DNA of 64,000 bases from an uncultured Bacteroidales bacterium. GTDB taxonomy: Bacteria; Bacteroidota; Bacteroidia; Bacteroidales; UBA1402. Below the pieces are notes generated by a model that worked only from the letters and a program-made list of their open reading frames with translations, did not search any database and was not told the origin of the DNA. The DNA is taken from assembly GCA_964472175.1 (NCBI GenBank), contig CAYYJF010000001.1, positions 40,950-104,949 on the forward strand. Reading direction: 5' to 3'. Position numbers and translations under genes: made by a program. Positions 1 through 9,793 of this stretch are shown here, piece by piece. Each line of letters begins with the position of its first letter. Within the stretch, counting starts at the first letter, position 1.

Positions 1-432
1 ATGCGCCATCAAACGGGCAAAGGCTTTGACCACTTCGATATCGGTTTCATCCAGTTCCTTCTGTTCAAATTCTCTGAACAATCTGGTATATGGGGAGTTC
101 AATGAGACAAAATAAGAATCGGACAATAACGAATGTTTGAAAAACTCCATATACCCTACAGGAAACGGAGTATCAACACCTTTTTCTAAAAGAATGAGCG
201 CGTTTTCATAAGCCCTTTGAGCCTTGGATTTTCTAAAATACGCATAGACAAGTTGATTGATGGCGTTGGGTTTTCTGTATTTTTTAACCGTCAACGTCAG
301 GGAATCGACAGAGAAGTTTTTCAGTTCATTCCGGCTTTTGTATATGGTCTCTCCACTTGTGAAAAATTGTTCGGGCAATGCTTCAAAAAATGAAGTCAAC
401 TTCTGGAAATCGGGGTGTATGATGCGTCTCAT
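1..432 (-). CDS. Lipopolysaccharide kinase (Kdo/WaaP/InaA-like) family protein, 3' end runs off window
   Basis: Not in ORF track; read by hand from ATG at 432 (ATGA overlap with GT9 stop): MRRIIHPDFQKL...IYKSRNELK...VKKYRKPNAINQLVYAYFRKSKAQRAYENALILLEKGVDTPFPVGY; open to window edge. Confidence 0.75.
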   Translation of the reverse strand, partial: MRRIIHPDFQKLTSFFEALPEQFFTSGETIYKSRNELKNFSVDSLTLTVKKYRKPNAINQLVYAYFRKSKAQRAYENALILLEKGVDTPFPVGYMEFFKHSLLSDSYFVSLNSPYTRLFREFEQKELDETDIEVVKAFARLMAH

Positions 433-1463
433 AAATCGTTCAATGTCTGTTTGAGTTTTCGAACAACAACCTCAGGTGAAATGCCATTCAGACAAGGGTA
501 ATTGCCCTTATAACAGGGGATATTCCCATAAATAGAACATGGACGGCAATCCAAATCCAATTGAACCGCATTGAATTCTGATTGAAACAAACCATAAAAA
601 CCCGCAAAAGGGTGTGTTGCACCCCATATGGAAACAACAGGCGTATGGGCAATAGATGCCAAATGCATATTGGCAGAATCCATGGTGAGCATCACATCCA
701 AACAAGCCATCAACTCAACTTCCTCTTTTAGTTGAAGCTGCGAGGGAACCTGTATTTGAGGATACTTCGTTTTCCACTGATTTATCACCGATTTTTCGTA
801 TGCACCTCCGCCAAAAAGAAACAACGTATATTGATCCTCTTTGAGGAGGGATTCAATGACCTGCTCTGTGTATTTACCTGGATAGATTTTCCCTTCATGC
901 TTTGCAAAAGGAGCGATTCCTATCCACTTTTTGTTTTTTTCACCGAAAATAGGCCTTTGTTTGGCCATTTTTTCTTCTGAACAACCCAATTTTGGGCGGG
1001 TATCAAAATGTATCAACGAAAATCCGGCCTTTGCAAAAACATCCCGATAACGCTCAAAAGAAGTTTTGAGTTGTTTTAATTGTTTTCGGCGTTTTCTGAC
1101 GAGTTTTCTTCTTTCATTTCTTTGCTTGTCAATCCGAAATACGGGAATTCTGGAACATTTGAAGAAAAAACTTAGAATTTTGCTGCGATGTACGTTGTGG
1201 ACATCACATACGACATCCACTTTCAAGGGTTTGATGTCTTTGTATAAACGATACAAACCCCAAATACCTTTGTGTCTTCCCTTGGTAAAAGCAGGTACAA
1301 AATGTACATTGGAAGGAGATCCAGAAAACAAATCTTCCATCTGGGGTTTTGAAACCATGATGAATTTGTGTTCCGGATACTGCTCCGCAAGACCATTTAC
1401 CAAAGGCACGGATATCGCAACATCTCCCAGTGCAGAAAACCGTATGACCAATACTCCGGCCAT
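429..1463 (-). CDS. Glycosyltransferase family 9 (heptosyltransferase-like)
   Basis: VIRFSALGDVA N-terminal motif; DSANMHLASIAHTPVVSIWGAT; CRPCS motif. Confidence 0.9.
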   Translation of the reverse strand: MAGVLVIRFSALGDVAISVPLVNGLAEQYPEHKFIMVSKPQMEDLFSGSPSNVHFVPAFTKGRHKGIWGLYRLYKDIKPLKVDVVCDVHNVHRSKILSFFFKCSRIPVFRIDKQRNERRKLVRKRRKQLKQLKTSFERYRDVFAKAGFSLIHFDTRPKLGCSEEKMAKQRPIFGEKNKKWIGIAPFAKHEGKIYPGKYTEQVIESLLKEDQYTLFLFGGGAYEKSVINQWKTKYPQIQVPSQLQLKEEVELMACLDVMLTMDSANMHLASIAHTPVVSIWGATHPFAGFYGLFQSEFNAVQLDLDCRPCSIYGNIPCYKGNYPCLNGISPEVVVRKLKQTLNDL

Positions 1464-1464
1464 T

Positions 1465-2070
1465 TTATTTTTGTGCGTACAAAACAGGATTTAATGAAGG
1501 ATCATTGTACATCTTCATTTGCTTGTAAACTTTCATATATCGCTTCCCGGTTTGAATATCTTCAAGCAATTGGTCAATGGCAGCGGATAAATCATCGCAT
1601 TGTTCATTGAGCACCTGCAACTTTTTGGCACAAGCCTGAATATGGTCAGGGGCAGCATTGGTTCTTTCTGCTTCCACCCGCATGTGCCAAATCTTCAAAA
1701 TCAAAATGGATAAGCGGTCGATGGCCCAGGCCGGACTCTCTGTATTGATGACGGCATCCTTTTGAATCACAGCATTTTTGTATTTTTCGAAAAAATAACT
1801 GTCAATCCGTTCAACCAAATCTGTACGATCCTGATTGGATTTGTCAATACGACGTTTGAGTGCCAACGCTGCAATCGGATCTATTTCCGGTTCACGGATT
1901 ATATCTTCTAAATGCCACTGAACGGCATCAATCCAATTTTTTAAAAACAGGTCAAATTCGATGGTACCCTGCTGATACGGATTTTGAATGGGCGCATCAA
2001 CGTGGTCGGTTTCATGATAAACTCTGGTCGCTTCAGAAAAAATGCTTTTTGATAGTTCGCTGAATGTCAT
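1465..2070 (-). CDS. DUF4254-type protein of unknown function
   Basis: WHLEDIIR...IDKSNQDRTDLVERID...TESPAWAIDRLSIL; first gene of operon with GT9 and LPS kinase. Confidence 0.75.
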   Translation of the reverse strand: MTFSELSKSIFSEATRVYHETDHVDAPIQNPYQQGTIEFDLFLKNWIDAVQWHLEDIIREPEIDPIAALALKRRIDKSNQDRTDLVERIDSYFFEKYKNAVIQKDAVINTESPAWAIDRLSILILKIWHMRVEAERTNAAPDHIQACAKKLQVLNEQCDDLSAAIDQLLEDIQTGKRYMKVYKQMKMYNDPSLNPVLYAQK

Positions 2071-2094
2071 GGATGATATTTTTTAGTCTTTTTG

Positions 2095-2161
2095 CAAAGA
2101 TAGAAGTTTTTTAGCATCACATACATGCAAACCTACTCTTAAAAAAGTTTTCGTACCTTTG
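2095..2161. promoter_or_regulatory. Divergent Bacteroidetes sigma-A -7 elements (TATCTTTG on - at 2095-2102; TACCTTTG on + at 2154-2161)
   Basis: Both match TAnnTTTG about 20-25 nt upstream of the DUF4254 and pdxB starts. Confidence 0.7.
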
Positions 2162-2183
2162 TTGTTTGTTTTCATCAACAGAT

Positions 2184-3329
2184 ATGAAAATTGTAGCTGA
2201 CAATAGAATTCCATACTTAAAAGGCCTTCTTGAGCCATATGCCGACGTTCAATATTTGCCGGGCAAGGACATTTGCAACAAAGATTTAATCGATGCGGAT
2301 GCCCTTTTGATTCGATCCAGAACCAAATGCGACAGGGCTTTGCTTGAAGGAACAAATGTCAAATTTATTGGAACCGCTGCCATTGGTTTTGATCATATTG
2401 ATACAGATTATTGTGAAGTAAAAAACATCAAGTGGGTCAATGCCCCTGGGTGCAACTCAAAGGCCGTTGCGCAATACGTTATTTCAAGCATTTTGCAGTT
2501 TGCACGAAAATACGACTTTAACCCTCGTGAAAAAACCATTGGGATTATCGGAGTCGGCCAAGTCGGCCAAAAAGTAGAGCGGTTTTGTCGTTTATTGGGG
2601 ATGAATGTGCTGTTAAATGATCCTCCGAGAGCCAGAAACGAAGGTGAAAAAAATTTCGTATCCCTAGATCGAATCCTTTCCGAAAGCGATATGATTACAT
2701 TCCATCCCGTACTCGAAAAAGAGGGTCCGGACAAAACCTGGCACATGGCCGATTCGGCATTTTTTGAGAAATTAAAGAAACCCATTTTTTTAATCAACAC
2801 TTCAAGAGGAGCCATTGTTGACACCCAGGCATTAAATACAGCGCTTTCGAATCAAACCGTGATTGATGCTGCTTTGGATTGTTGGGAAAATGAACCGGAT
2901 ATTGACCTGGAATTGCTACAACAGATTCTGATAGGAACGCCTCACATTTCGGGATATTCTTCAGACGGTAAAGCAAATGGAACCAGAATCGTCGTGGAAC
3001 AGCTGAATCAATTTCTGGAACTTGGCATTCCTAAAATTGAATTAAAGTTGCCCAATCCTGAAGAGCCTGTTTTAAAAATTCATAAAAACACGCCAAAAAA
3101 AGTTGAAATGGCTTTATTGTATGCGTATGACCCCATTGTTGACACGAACGAGCTGAAAAAGAACCCCCTAAATTTTGAAGAGATTCGCTCCAACTATGTA
3201 TTCAGAAGAGAATACAAAGCATTTAAAATCATGTGTCGTAACGAATCTGATTCTGAAATTTTACGTGCTTTCGGATTTCAGATTCCGCAAAGAAATGAAA
3301 TTGCGCATATCGACGACTACCGTGAATAG
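2184..3329 (+). CDS. pdxB: Erythronate-4-phosphate dehydrogenase
   Basis: MKIVADNRIP start; IRSRTK, GIIGVGQVG, INTSRG, DCWENEP, TPHISGYS motifs. Confidence 0.92.
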   Translation: MKIVADNRIPYLKGLLEPYADVQYLPGKDICNKDLIDADALLIRSRTKCDRALLEGTNVKFIGTAAIGFDHIDTDYCEVKNIKWVNAPGCNSKAVAQYVISSILQFARKYDFNPREKTIGIIGVGQVGQKVERFCRLLGMNVLLNDPPRARNEGEKNFVSLDRILSESDMITFHPVLEKEGPDKTWHMADSAFFEKLKKPIFLINTSRGAIVDTQALNTALSNQTVIDAALDCWENEPDIDLELLQQILIGTPHISGYSSDGKANGTRIVVEQLNQFLELGIPKIELKLPNPEEPVLKIHKNTPKKVEMALLYAYDPIVDTNELKKNPLNFEEIRSNYVFRREYKAFKIMCRNESDSEILRAFGFQIPQRNEIAHIDDYRE

Positions 3330-3910
3330 GCCTCAAATTCTTTCGCCAAAATCAGTTCAATAACCTTAGGAAAGTGCTTGTATTCCAACGCATGAACCTT
3401 ATTAGCCACTTCTTCAGAAGTATCCGTTGACTCAACAGGGCACGTTGCTTGAAAAACCACCTGACCCTCGTCATAATTTTCATTGACGTAATGGATGGTA
3501 ATGCCTGTTTGTTTCTCGCCAGCATCGACAACAGCCTGATGAACCCGATCTCCATACATTCCTTTTCCTCCGAATTTTGGCAACAATGCCGGATGAATGT
3601 TTACAATTTTATTGGGAAAAGCCTGTACCAATTTTGCAGGAATCAATAATAAAAAACCAGCCAAAACGATGAAATCAATCCGATACTCATTCAATAAAGA
3701 CAGGACTTCATCGGATTCTTTAAAAACAGCCGCTTGCAAGGTTTTAGACACAACACCCATTTTTATAGCCCGTTGATGAACAAAAGCCTGACTTTTATCA
3801 GAAAGAATCAACGCAATTTCGACTTTGTCATTGCCAGAAAAATAGTGATAAATATTTTCTGCATTGGAGCCTGAACCTGAAGCAAAAATGGCCAATCGGA
3901 TGGGATTCAT
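3317..3910 (-). CDS. purN: Phosphoribosylglycinamide formyltransferase
   Basis: AIFASGSGSNAE; NIHPALLPKFGGKGMYG; TIHYVNENYDEG; start moved to ATG at 3910. Confidence 0.95.
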   Translation of the reverse strand: MNPIRLAIFASGSGSNAENIYHYFSGNDKVEIALILSDKSQAFVHQRAIKMGVVSKTLQAAVFKESDEVLSLLNEYRIDFIVLAGFLLLIPAKLVQAFPNKIVNIHPALLPKFGGKGMYGDRVHQAVVDAGEKQTGITIHYVNENYDEGQVVFQATCPVESTDTSEEVANKVHALEYKHFPKVIELILAKEFEAYSR

Positions 3911-4060
3911 TGAATTGTTTTTTATTGTTAAGTATTGCACACAGTAATTAAAGTTGTGCAAAAAAAAGCATTTTTCGAGTTCAACCGTGATTAAAATCCA
4001 AAAATATTTTGTTTCTTTGCACCGCAAAATTACGAATAAGAATTTTTATTAACCTAAAAA

Positions 4061-4306
4061 ATGACCGTTATGTCTGACGTAGCTGCAAAAGTAAAAGCCA
4101 TCATCGTTGACAAGTTGGGAGTAGAAGAAACCGAAGTTACCCCTGAAGCAAGTTTCACAAACGACTTGGGTGCAGATTCCCTCGACACCGTTGAATTGAT
4201 CATGGAATTCGAAAAAGAATTTGGAATTTCTATTCCAGATGACAAAGCAGAAAAGATCACTACTGTCGGTGAAGCTATCGCACACATTGAAGCAACTGCC
4301 AAATAA
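4061..4306 (+). CDS. acpP: Acyl carrier protein
   Basis: [17 protein letters not shown] phosphopantetheine motif; true start may be ATG at 4070. Confidence 0.97.
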   Translation: MTVMSDVAAKVKAIIVDKLGVEETEVTPEASFTNDLGADSLDTVELIMEFEKEFGISIPDDKAEKITTVGEAIAHIEATAK

Positions 4307-4324
4307 ATAAGGCAATTCAATCGT

Positions 4325-5590
4325 ATGGAATTAAAAAGAGTTGTCGTAACAGGTCTTGGTGCCATTACACCCTTAGGTAACAATGTCAATGATACATGGG
4401 CATCATTGCTTAAGGGCGTAAGTGGAGCCGGACCTATTACGCGCTTTGACACGTCAAAGTACAAAACAAAATTTGCTTGCGAAGTTAAGAACCTTGATTT
4501 ATCTGTCTATTTTGACCGGAAGGAAGCCCGTAAATACGATCCTTTTGCTCAATTTGCAGTGATTGCCGCAAAAGAAGCCATTTCAGATGCAGCAATTGAT
4601 ACTGAAAAAGAAGATTTAGATCGTATTGGCGTCATTTGGGGTGCCGGTATTGGTGGAATCGATACTTTTGAACAAGAAGTTCTTGAATTTGCAAAGGGAG
4701 ATGGTTCTCCAAGATTCAATCCATTCTTCATTCCAAAAATGATTGCAGATTTATCTGCTGGTCATATTTCAATGATGTATGGATTCAGAGGACCAAACTT
4801 CTGTACAGTATCAGCCTGTGCTTCATCCTCTAACGCCATTGCGGATGCATTCAATTATATCCGTCTTGGTAAAGCAAATATGTTCGTTTGTGGAGGTTCG
4901 GAAGCTGCAATTACGCAGGCCGGTGTTGGTGGATTTAACTCCATGCACGCCCTTTCAACCAGAAATGAAGACTATGCAACCGCATCGCGACCTTTTTCTA
5001 AGAGTCGGGATGGATTTGTGATGGCAGAAGGTGGCGCATGCTTGATCCTTGAAGAACTTGAACACGCATTGGCACGTGGCGCAAAAATTTACGCAGAAGT
5101 TGCTGGTGTTGGTTTATCCGCAGATGCACACCACATGACAGCACCACATCCTGAAGGATTGGGCGCGATGTTGGTCATGAAAAATGCACTTGAAGATGCC
5201 GAATTAAAACCCGAAGAAATTGATTATATCAACGTACACGGCACATCGACACCTCTGGGTGATATTGCAGAAACCAAAGCCATTAAAGCTGTATTTGGCG
5301 AGCACGCTTACAAATTAAATATCAGCTCAACCAAGTCTCAGACCGGTCACCTCTTAGGTGCAGCTGGAGCCATTGAGGCCATGGTTGCTGTATTGTCTGT
5401 TCAACAGAACATTATTCCTCCAACCATTAATTTCCAGGCAGGAGATGAAGACCCTGAAATTGATTACAACCTCAATTTCACCTTCAATACTGCTTGCAAA
5501 CGCGAAGTAAGGGCAGCCTTGTCCAATACTTTTGGTTTTGGCGGTCACAATGCAAGTGTCATCGTTAAGAAATGGAAGCCAAACGCTTGA
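4325..5590 (+). CDS. fabF: 3-oxoacyl-ACP synthase II
   Basis: RVVVTGLG, SACASS (catalytic Cys), YINVHGTST, SSTKSQTGHLLGAAG, NTFGFGGHN. Confidence 0.97.
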   Translation: MELKRVVVTGLGAITPLGNNVNDTWASLLKGVSGAGPITRFDTSKYKTKFACEVKNLDLSVYFDRKEARKYDPFAQFAVIAAKEAISDAAIDTEKEDLDRIGVIWGAGIGGIDTFEQEVLEFAKGDGSPRFNPFFIPKMIADLSAGHISMMYGFRGPNFCTVSACASSSNAIADAFNYIRLGKANMFVCGGSEAAITQAGVGGFNSMHALSTRNEDYATASRPFSKSRDGFVMAEGGACLILEELEHALARGAKIYAEVAGVGLSADAHHMTAPHPEGLGAMLVMKNALEDAELKPEEIDYINVHGTSTPLGDIAETKAIKAVFGEHAYKLNISSTKSQTGHLLGAAGAIEAMVAVLSVQQNIIPPTINFQAGDEDPEIDYNLNFTFNTACKREVRAALSNTFGFGGHNASVIVKKWKPNA

Positions 5591-6345
5591 TTTCAAAATC
5601 ACTAAATAAAATAAGGCTCCGCACTGTCAAACAGAGGGAGCCTTATTTGTTGTTTAAAAACATATTGGGCTTTACCCCCAAAGATACAAGCCTGTATGAA
5701 ATGGCATTGCGTCATCGATCGGCATCCTTAAAAGCCCCTGGAGGTGAACGGATCAACAATGAAAGACTGGAGTTCTTGGGAGATTCGGTATTGAACGTTG
5801 TGGTCACCGATTATTTGTATCAAATGTTTCCCAATCTGGATGAAGATTTTTTAACCCGCACACGCTCAAAAATTGTTCAGAGAAAGACATTGAATCGCAT
5901 TGCACTGCAATTGGGACTAGATAAGATGTTGCTCTCAACCGCATTTTCACAAGATGTCAACCATGTCTCGGTCTATGGGAATGCATTCGAAGCATTGATT
6001 GGAGCCATTTATTTGGATAAAGGCTATGCGAAGTGTAAACACTTTTTGGAACATTCCATCATCGAAAAATATATTGACATCCAAAAAATAGCTAAAACAG
6101 AACAAAATTTCAAATCCTTACTGTTGGAGTATTGCCAACAACAAAAAATTGAAATAGAGTTCAAGACTGAAGAAAGAGATGTTTCGACAGATAAATCAGA
6201 ACGCTTTATCTCGCAAATTTTCATCAACCAAGAGATGAAGGGAGAAGGTTTCGGGATGTCAAAAAAAGAAGCCCAACAAAAGGCTTCAAAATTGACCTTG
6301 ATACAGTTCAATCAAATTCAGGAAGGGCAAACCTCAAAACTATAA
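5587..6345 (+). CDS. rnc: Ribonuclease III
   Basis: NERLEFLGDSVL signature plus C-terminal dsRBD; probable TTG start overlapping fabF stop (alternative ATG at 5572). Confidence 0.93.
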   Translation: MISKSLNKIRLRTVKQREPYLLFKNILGFTPKDTSLYEMALRHRSASLKAPGGERINNERLEFLGDSVLNVVVTDYLYQMFPNLDEDFLTRTRSKIVQRKTLNRIALQLGLDKMLLSTAFSQDVNHVSVYGNAFEALIGAIYLDKGYAKCKHFLEHSIIEKYIDIQKIAKTEQNFKSLLLEYCQQQKIEIEFKTEERDVSTDKSERFISQIFINQEMKGEGFGMSKKEAQQKASKLTLIQFNQIQEGQTSKL

Positions 6346-6395
6346 CAATCACAAACTTTTTTCTATAAGTTATGTGTGAGGTGCTTTAAAATAAC

Positions 6396-6403
6396 TATTT
6401 TTG
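6396..6403 (+). promoter_or_regulatory. -7 promoter element (TATTTTTG) for GH3-like/cysS operon
   Basis: Matches TAnnTTTG 26 nt upstream of ATG 6430. Confidence 0.6.
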
Positions 6404-6429
6404 AGTTTATTATAAACAAGATTTTCAAA

Positions 6430-7476
6430 ATGGATTTCATTTCAGGTTTATACAATCTGTATTTAAAAGATCGATTCAAAGAAATTCAGAACTATGCAAC
6501 TGAAGCATCTGACATTCAGAGCGAACAGCTGTCAAATTTGTTGTTGGAAGCCTCCGAAACCGAAATGGGAAAACGTTTTAATTTCAAAACCATTTACAGT
6601 TATCAGGAATTCCGTGAACGCTTGCCCATTCAAAGAATTTCTGATTTGTCGAATGACATCAATCGCATGGCAAGTGGAGCCTCCAATATTGTATGGCCAG
6701 GAGCACCGATTGCCATCATGGATTCAATAAACAACATAAAAATTCCATTGTTCCATCAAGCCATCATTGAAATTTTTCAAAAAGGCATAGGAGATAGTTA
6801 TGCCATCCACATGCAATCACATCCGGACTGCAAATTACTCGATGGTTTCTCTGTAAATGTAGGGAACGGTGAAAGAAGCCCTTTCCTGAATGAATTATAC
6901 TCCATATTGAGGGAAAACGAACCCTTTTTGTCCAACCTATTAAACTTACCCAAACGTGTTGGGAAAGACAAAGACGGGAACCCCTCCATTGAATTGGTTC
7001 TTCAAGAGTGTTTGGGGCAAAAAGTGACCAGTTTTAGAGGAACACCTCAAAGATTGAATGCAGTCCTGAGCAAAGGGCTGCACAAAACAGGAAATTCCAA
7101 TATTCAGACACTTTGGCCAGACGCAGAAATTTTGTTCGAACGAAATATTTTGAACCATGTTGAAATCGCCGAACAAAAACAATTGATCCCTGATAACATT
7201 CAATATCAATTCTCCTATTTGTCACCGGAAGGTTTTTTTGGCATTCAGGACGGTATTGAAGACGAATCCCTCTTGCTCATGTTGGATTTAAGCACATTTT
7301 ATGAATTTATCCCCATCGATGGTGATTCTTCGGACATCATTCCATTGGAAGACATCACCATCGATCAAGTATATACGCTTGTCATTACGAATTGTAACGG
7401 CCTTTGGAGATGCTGCTCAGAAGGGCCAAAAATCAAATTCGTTGCAACCAATCCGTTTAGATTTATTTTAATATAA
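6430..7476 (+). CDS. GH3 (acyl-adenylate synthetase) family protein, C-terminally truncated and motif-degenerate
   Basis: N-terminus typical of Bacteroidetes GH3 ([10 protein letters not shown]...FRERLPI...IVWPG; [10 protein letters not shown]; [13 protein letters not shown]; TNCNGLWR); ends at NPFRFILI. Confidence 0.7.
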   Translation: MDFISGLYNLYLKDRFKEIQNYATEASDIQSEQLSNLLLEASETEMGKRFNFKTIYSYQEFRERLPIQRISDLSNDINRMASGASNIVWPGAPIAIMDSINNIKIPLFHQAIIEIFQKGIGDSYAIHMQSHPDCKLLDGFSVNVGNGERSPFLNELYSILRENEPFLSNLLNLPKRVGKDKDGNPSIELVLQECLGQKVTSFRGTPQRLNAVLSKGLHKTGNSNIQTLWPDAEILFERNILNHVEIAEQKQLIPDNIQYQFSYLSPEGFFGIQDGIEDESLLLMLDLSTFYEFIPIDGDSSDIIPLEDITIDQVYTLVITNCNGLWRCCSEGPKIKFVATNPFRFILI

Positions 7477-7484
7477 CAGAATTC

Positions 7485-8960
7485 ATGACTCAAGATTTAT
7501 TTCTTTACAATACCCTTCACCGTAAAAAAGAAGTTTTCAAATCCATTTTACCGGGTAAAGTAGGATTGTATGTATGTGGCCCTACCGTTTATGGAGATGC
7601 CCATTTAGGACATGCAAGGCCAGCCATTACCTTCGATTTACTTTTTAGATATTTGAAACACCTGGGATATCAGGTTCGGTATGTCAGGAACATCACAGAT
7701 GTTGGTCATTTGGAAAACGATGCCGACTCTGGAGAAGATAAAATTGCAAAAAAAGCCCGCTTGGAACAAATTGAGCCCATGGAGGTTGTTCAATACTATT
7801 TGTTACGCTACCACAAGCATATGGAAGCATTGAACATATTGCCTCCAAGCATTGAGCCCCATGCATCCGGACACATTGTTGAGCAAATAGAATTCGTGAA
7901 AAAGATACTTGAAAACGGTTGGGCATATATTCAAAATGGCTCTGTGTATTTTGATGTCGAAAAGTACAATCAAAAACACCCTTACGGAAAATTGTCCGGA
8001 AGAAATATTGAGGAATTGCTTAGCACTACTCGTGAATTAGACGGTCAATCTGAGAAAAAGAATTCTTTCGACTTCGCTTTATGGAAAAAAGCATCGGCCG
8101 AACACATTATGAGATGGCCCTCACCTTGGAGTGATGGTTTTCCAGGATGGCATTTAGAATGCTCTGCCATGGGAACAAAATATTTGGGTGAAGAGTTTGA
8201 CATTCACGGAGGCGGAATGGATTTGTTGTTTCCACACCATGAATGTGAAATTGCACAGTCTGTTGGCGCATTGGGTCATGAAACGGTTCATTATTGGATG
8301 CACAACAATATGATTACCATCAATGGGCAAAAGATGGGAAAATCTCTTGGAAATTTCATCACACTGGAATCCTTTTTTGAGGGTAGCCACGAACTGCTCG
8401 AGAAGTCATATCATCCCATGACCATTCGATTTTTCATCTTACAAGCCCACTATCGCAGTACGGTAGATTTTAGCAATGAAGCCCTGCAGGCATCCGAAAA
8501 AGGATTGGCAAGATTGTTTGAAGCCTATCACAGACTCCAAAAGATTCAGGCTTCTTCCGGATCCTCGGTTTCTTTTGACGGCTTAAGAGAAAAATGTCAT
8601 GAAGCAATGAGTGATGATTTGAATACGCCCATTGTCATTTCGCACCTGTTTGAAGCCTGCAAGAACATCAATTTGATTTCTGACGGAAAAGCCACAATAT
8701 CTCAAGCAGATCTAAAGGAGCTCAAAGAAGTATTTTCTCTATTCTTGTTTGAAATTTTGGGTCTCTCAGACGCTCAAAGCAGCACGGGCACAACCGAAGC
8801 GGGTTTTACTGGTGCCATCGATTTGTTAATGAAACTAAGGATGGAAGCCAAGCAAAACAAAGACTGGAATACCTCCGACAGAATTCGCAATGAATTAACT
8901 GCTTTGGGATTTGAAATCAAGGATACCAAAGACGGTTATGAATGGAAGATTGCAAAATAG
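7485..8960 (+). CDS. cysS: Cysteine--tRNA ligase
   Basis: [12 protein letters not shown] (HIGH), [15 protein letters not shown] (KMSKS). Confidence 0.97.
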   Translation: MTQDLFLYNTLHRKKEVFKSILPGKVGLYVCGPTVYGDAHLGHARPAITFDLLFRYLKHLGYQVRYVRNITDVGHLENDADSGEDKIAKKARLEQIEPMEVVQYYLLRYHKHMEALNILPPSIEPHASGHIVEQIEFVKKILENGWAYIQNGSVYFDVEKYNQKHPYGKLSGRNIEELLSTTRELDGQSEKKNSFDFALWKKASAEHIMRWPSPWSDGFPGWHLECSAMGTKYLGEEFDIHGGGMDLLFPHHECEIAQSVGALGHETVHYWMHNNMITINGQKMGKSLGNFITLESFFEGSHELLEKSYHPMTIRFFILQAHYRSTVDFSNEALQASEKGLARLFEAYHRLQKIQASSGSSVSFDGLREKCHEAMSDDLNTPIVISHLFEACKNINLISDGKATISQADLKELKEVFSLFLFEILGLSDAQSSTGTTEAGFTGAIDLLMKLRMEAKQNKDWNTSDRIRNELTALGFEIKDTKDGYEWKIAK

Positions 8961-8962
8961 CC

Positions 8963-9793
8963 TTAATTTTTTGTAGGCTTTTGCATCGGGAATAAGGTTT
9001 TTTCTGCGTTATTCAGGATGGCTTTGACTGAGCCAACCCGAATAGGAGATTCCACCATTAAGGGGATGTGATTGTTGTCATCTGAAATCCAAAGTTTTAG
9101 CACATCCCCACGCTTAAAGACCGTTCCTTCAACCAACGAAATGGTCAATGCGTGGGCTTTATAATAGCCTATTTTGTGTAGTTTCACCTTTTCACGGCCT
9201 TTATAGGTGATAAAAATCTTATATTCCCCATCGTCCAAACGCACGGGAATCTCAACCTTTTTACCTGGTTTATACAATTCTGAATTGGCCAAACACCGCA
9301 ATCTGTACAAACTCGTCACAATATCAAACCCACAATTTTCGGTTTTGGAGACCACCACGGGTTTCCACTCTTTTTTTCTGTATAATTTGGTGGAGATGCG
9401 CCAAAAATTGCCTTCTTTATTAAATTGATACTCGTCAATACCATGCCAATTGTCTTCATGTGTGAATTTATAGGAACGGATGGGATTTAAGGTTTGACTA
9501 TCAACATAAGACACCAAAGTGTCTCTGACTCTAAAAAAGGAATCAAAGGATTTATAGGTTTTGCCATCGGCAGTAAGCTTCAAAGCCGGTTTGCGATTAT
9601 ACGTCACGGCATTTACGTTAAACTGGCATGTACCAGCCTGAATCCAGACAAAGCTAACGTTGTAGAAAAGTTGATACTCTAAACGTTCACCGGGCTTAAA
9701 AACAACGTTCTCAACATTGCATACGGCACCTGATCCAACGAAGAACAAGGATTGAAGCATCAATATACCCGAAAAAAGGACAATCTTTTTCAT
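8963..9793 (-). CDS. DUF3108-type exported protein
   Basis: Signal peptide; GERLEYQLFY start and WISDDNNHIPLMVESPIRVGSVKAIL end typical of this family. Confidence 0.7.
   Translation of the reverse strand: MKKIVLFSGILMLQSLFFVGSGAVCNVENVVFKPGERLEYQLFYNVSFVWIQAGTCQFNVNAVTYNRKPALKLTADGKTYKSFDSFFRVRDTLVSYVDSQTLNPIRSYKFTHEDNWHGIDEYQFNKEGNFWRISTKLYRKKEWKPVVVSKTENCGFDIVTSLYRLRCLANSELYKPGKKVEIPVRLDDGEYKIFITYKGREKVKLHKIGYYKAHALTISLVEGTVFKRGDVLKLWISDDNNHIPLMVESPIRVGSVKAILNNAEKTLFPMQKPTKN

Noticed and set aside
4054-4464. 136-aa antisense ORF over acpP/fabF, and the many other 60-177 aa shadow ORFs (e.g. 20114-20647, 62911-63432)
   Set aside because: They lie opposite or within well-supported genes, have no recognisable motifs, and are expected shadows of biased codon usage
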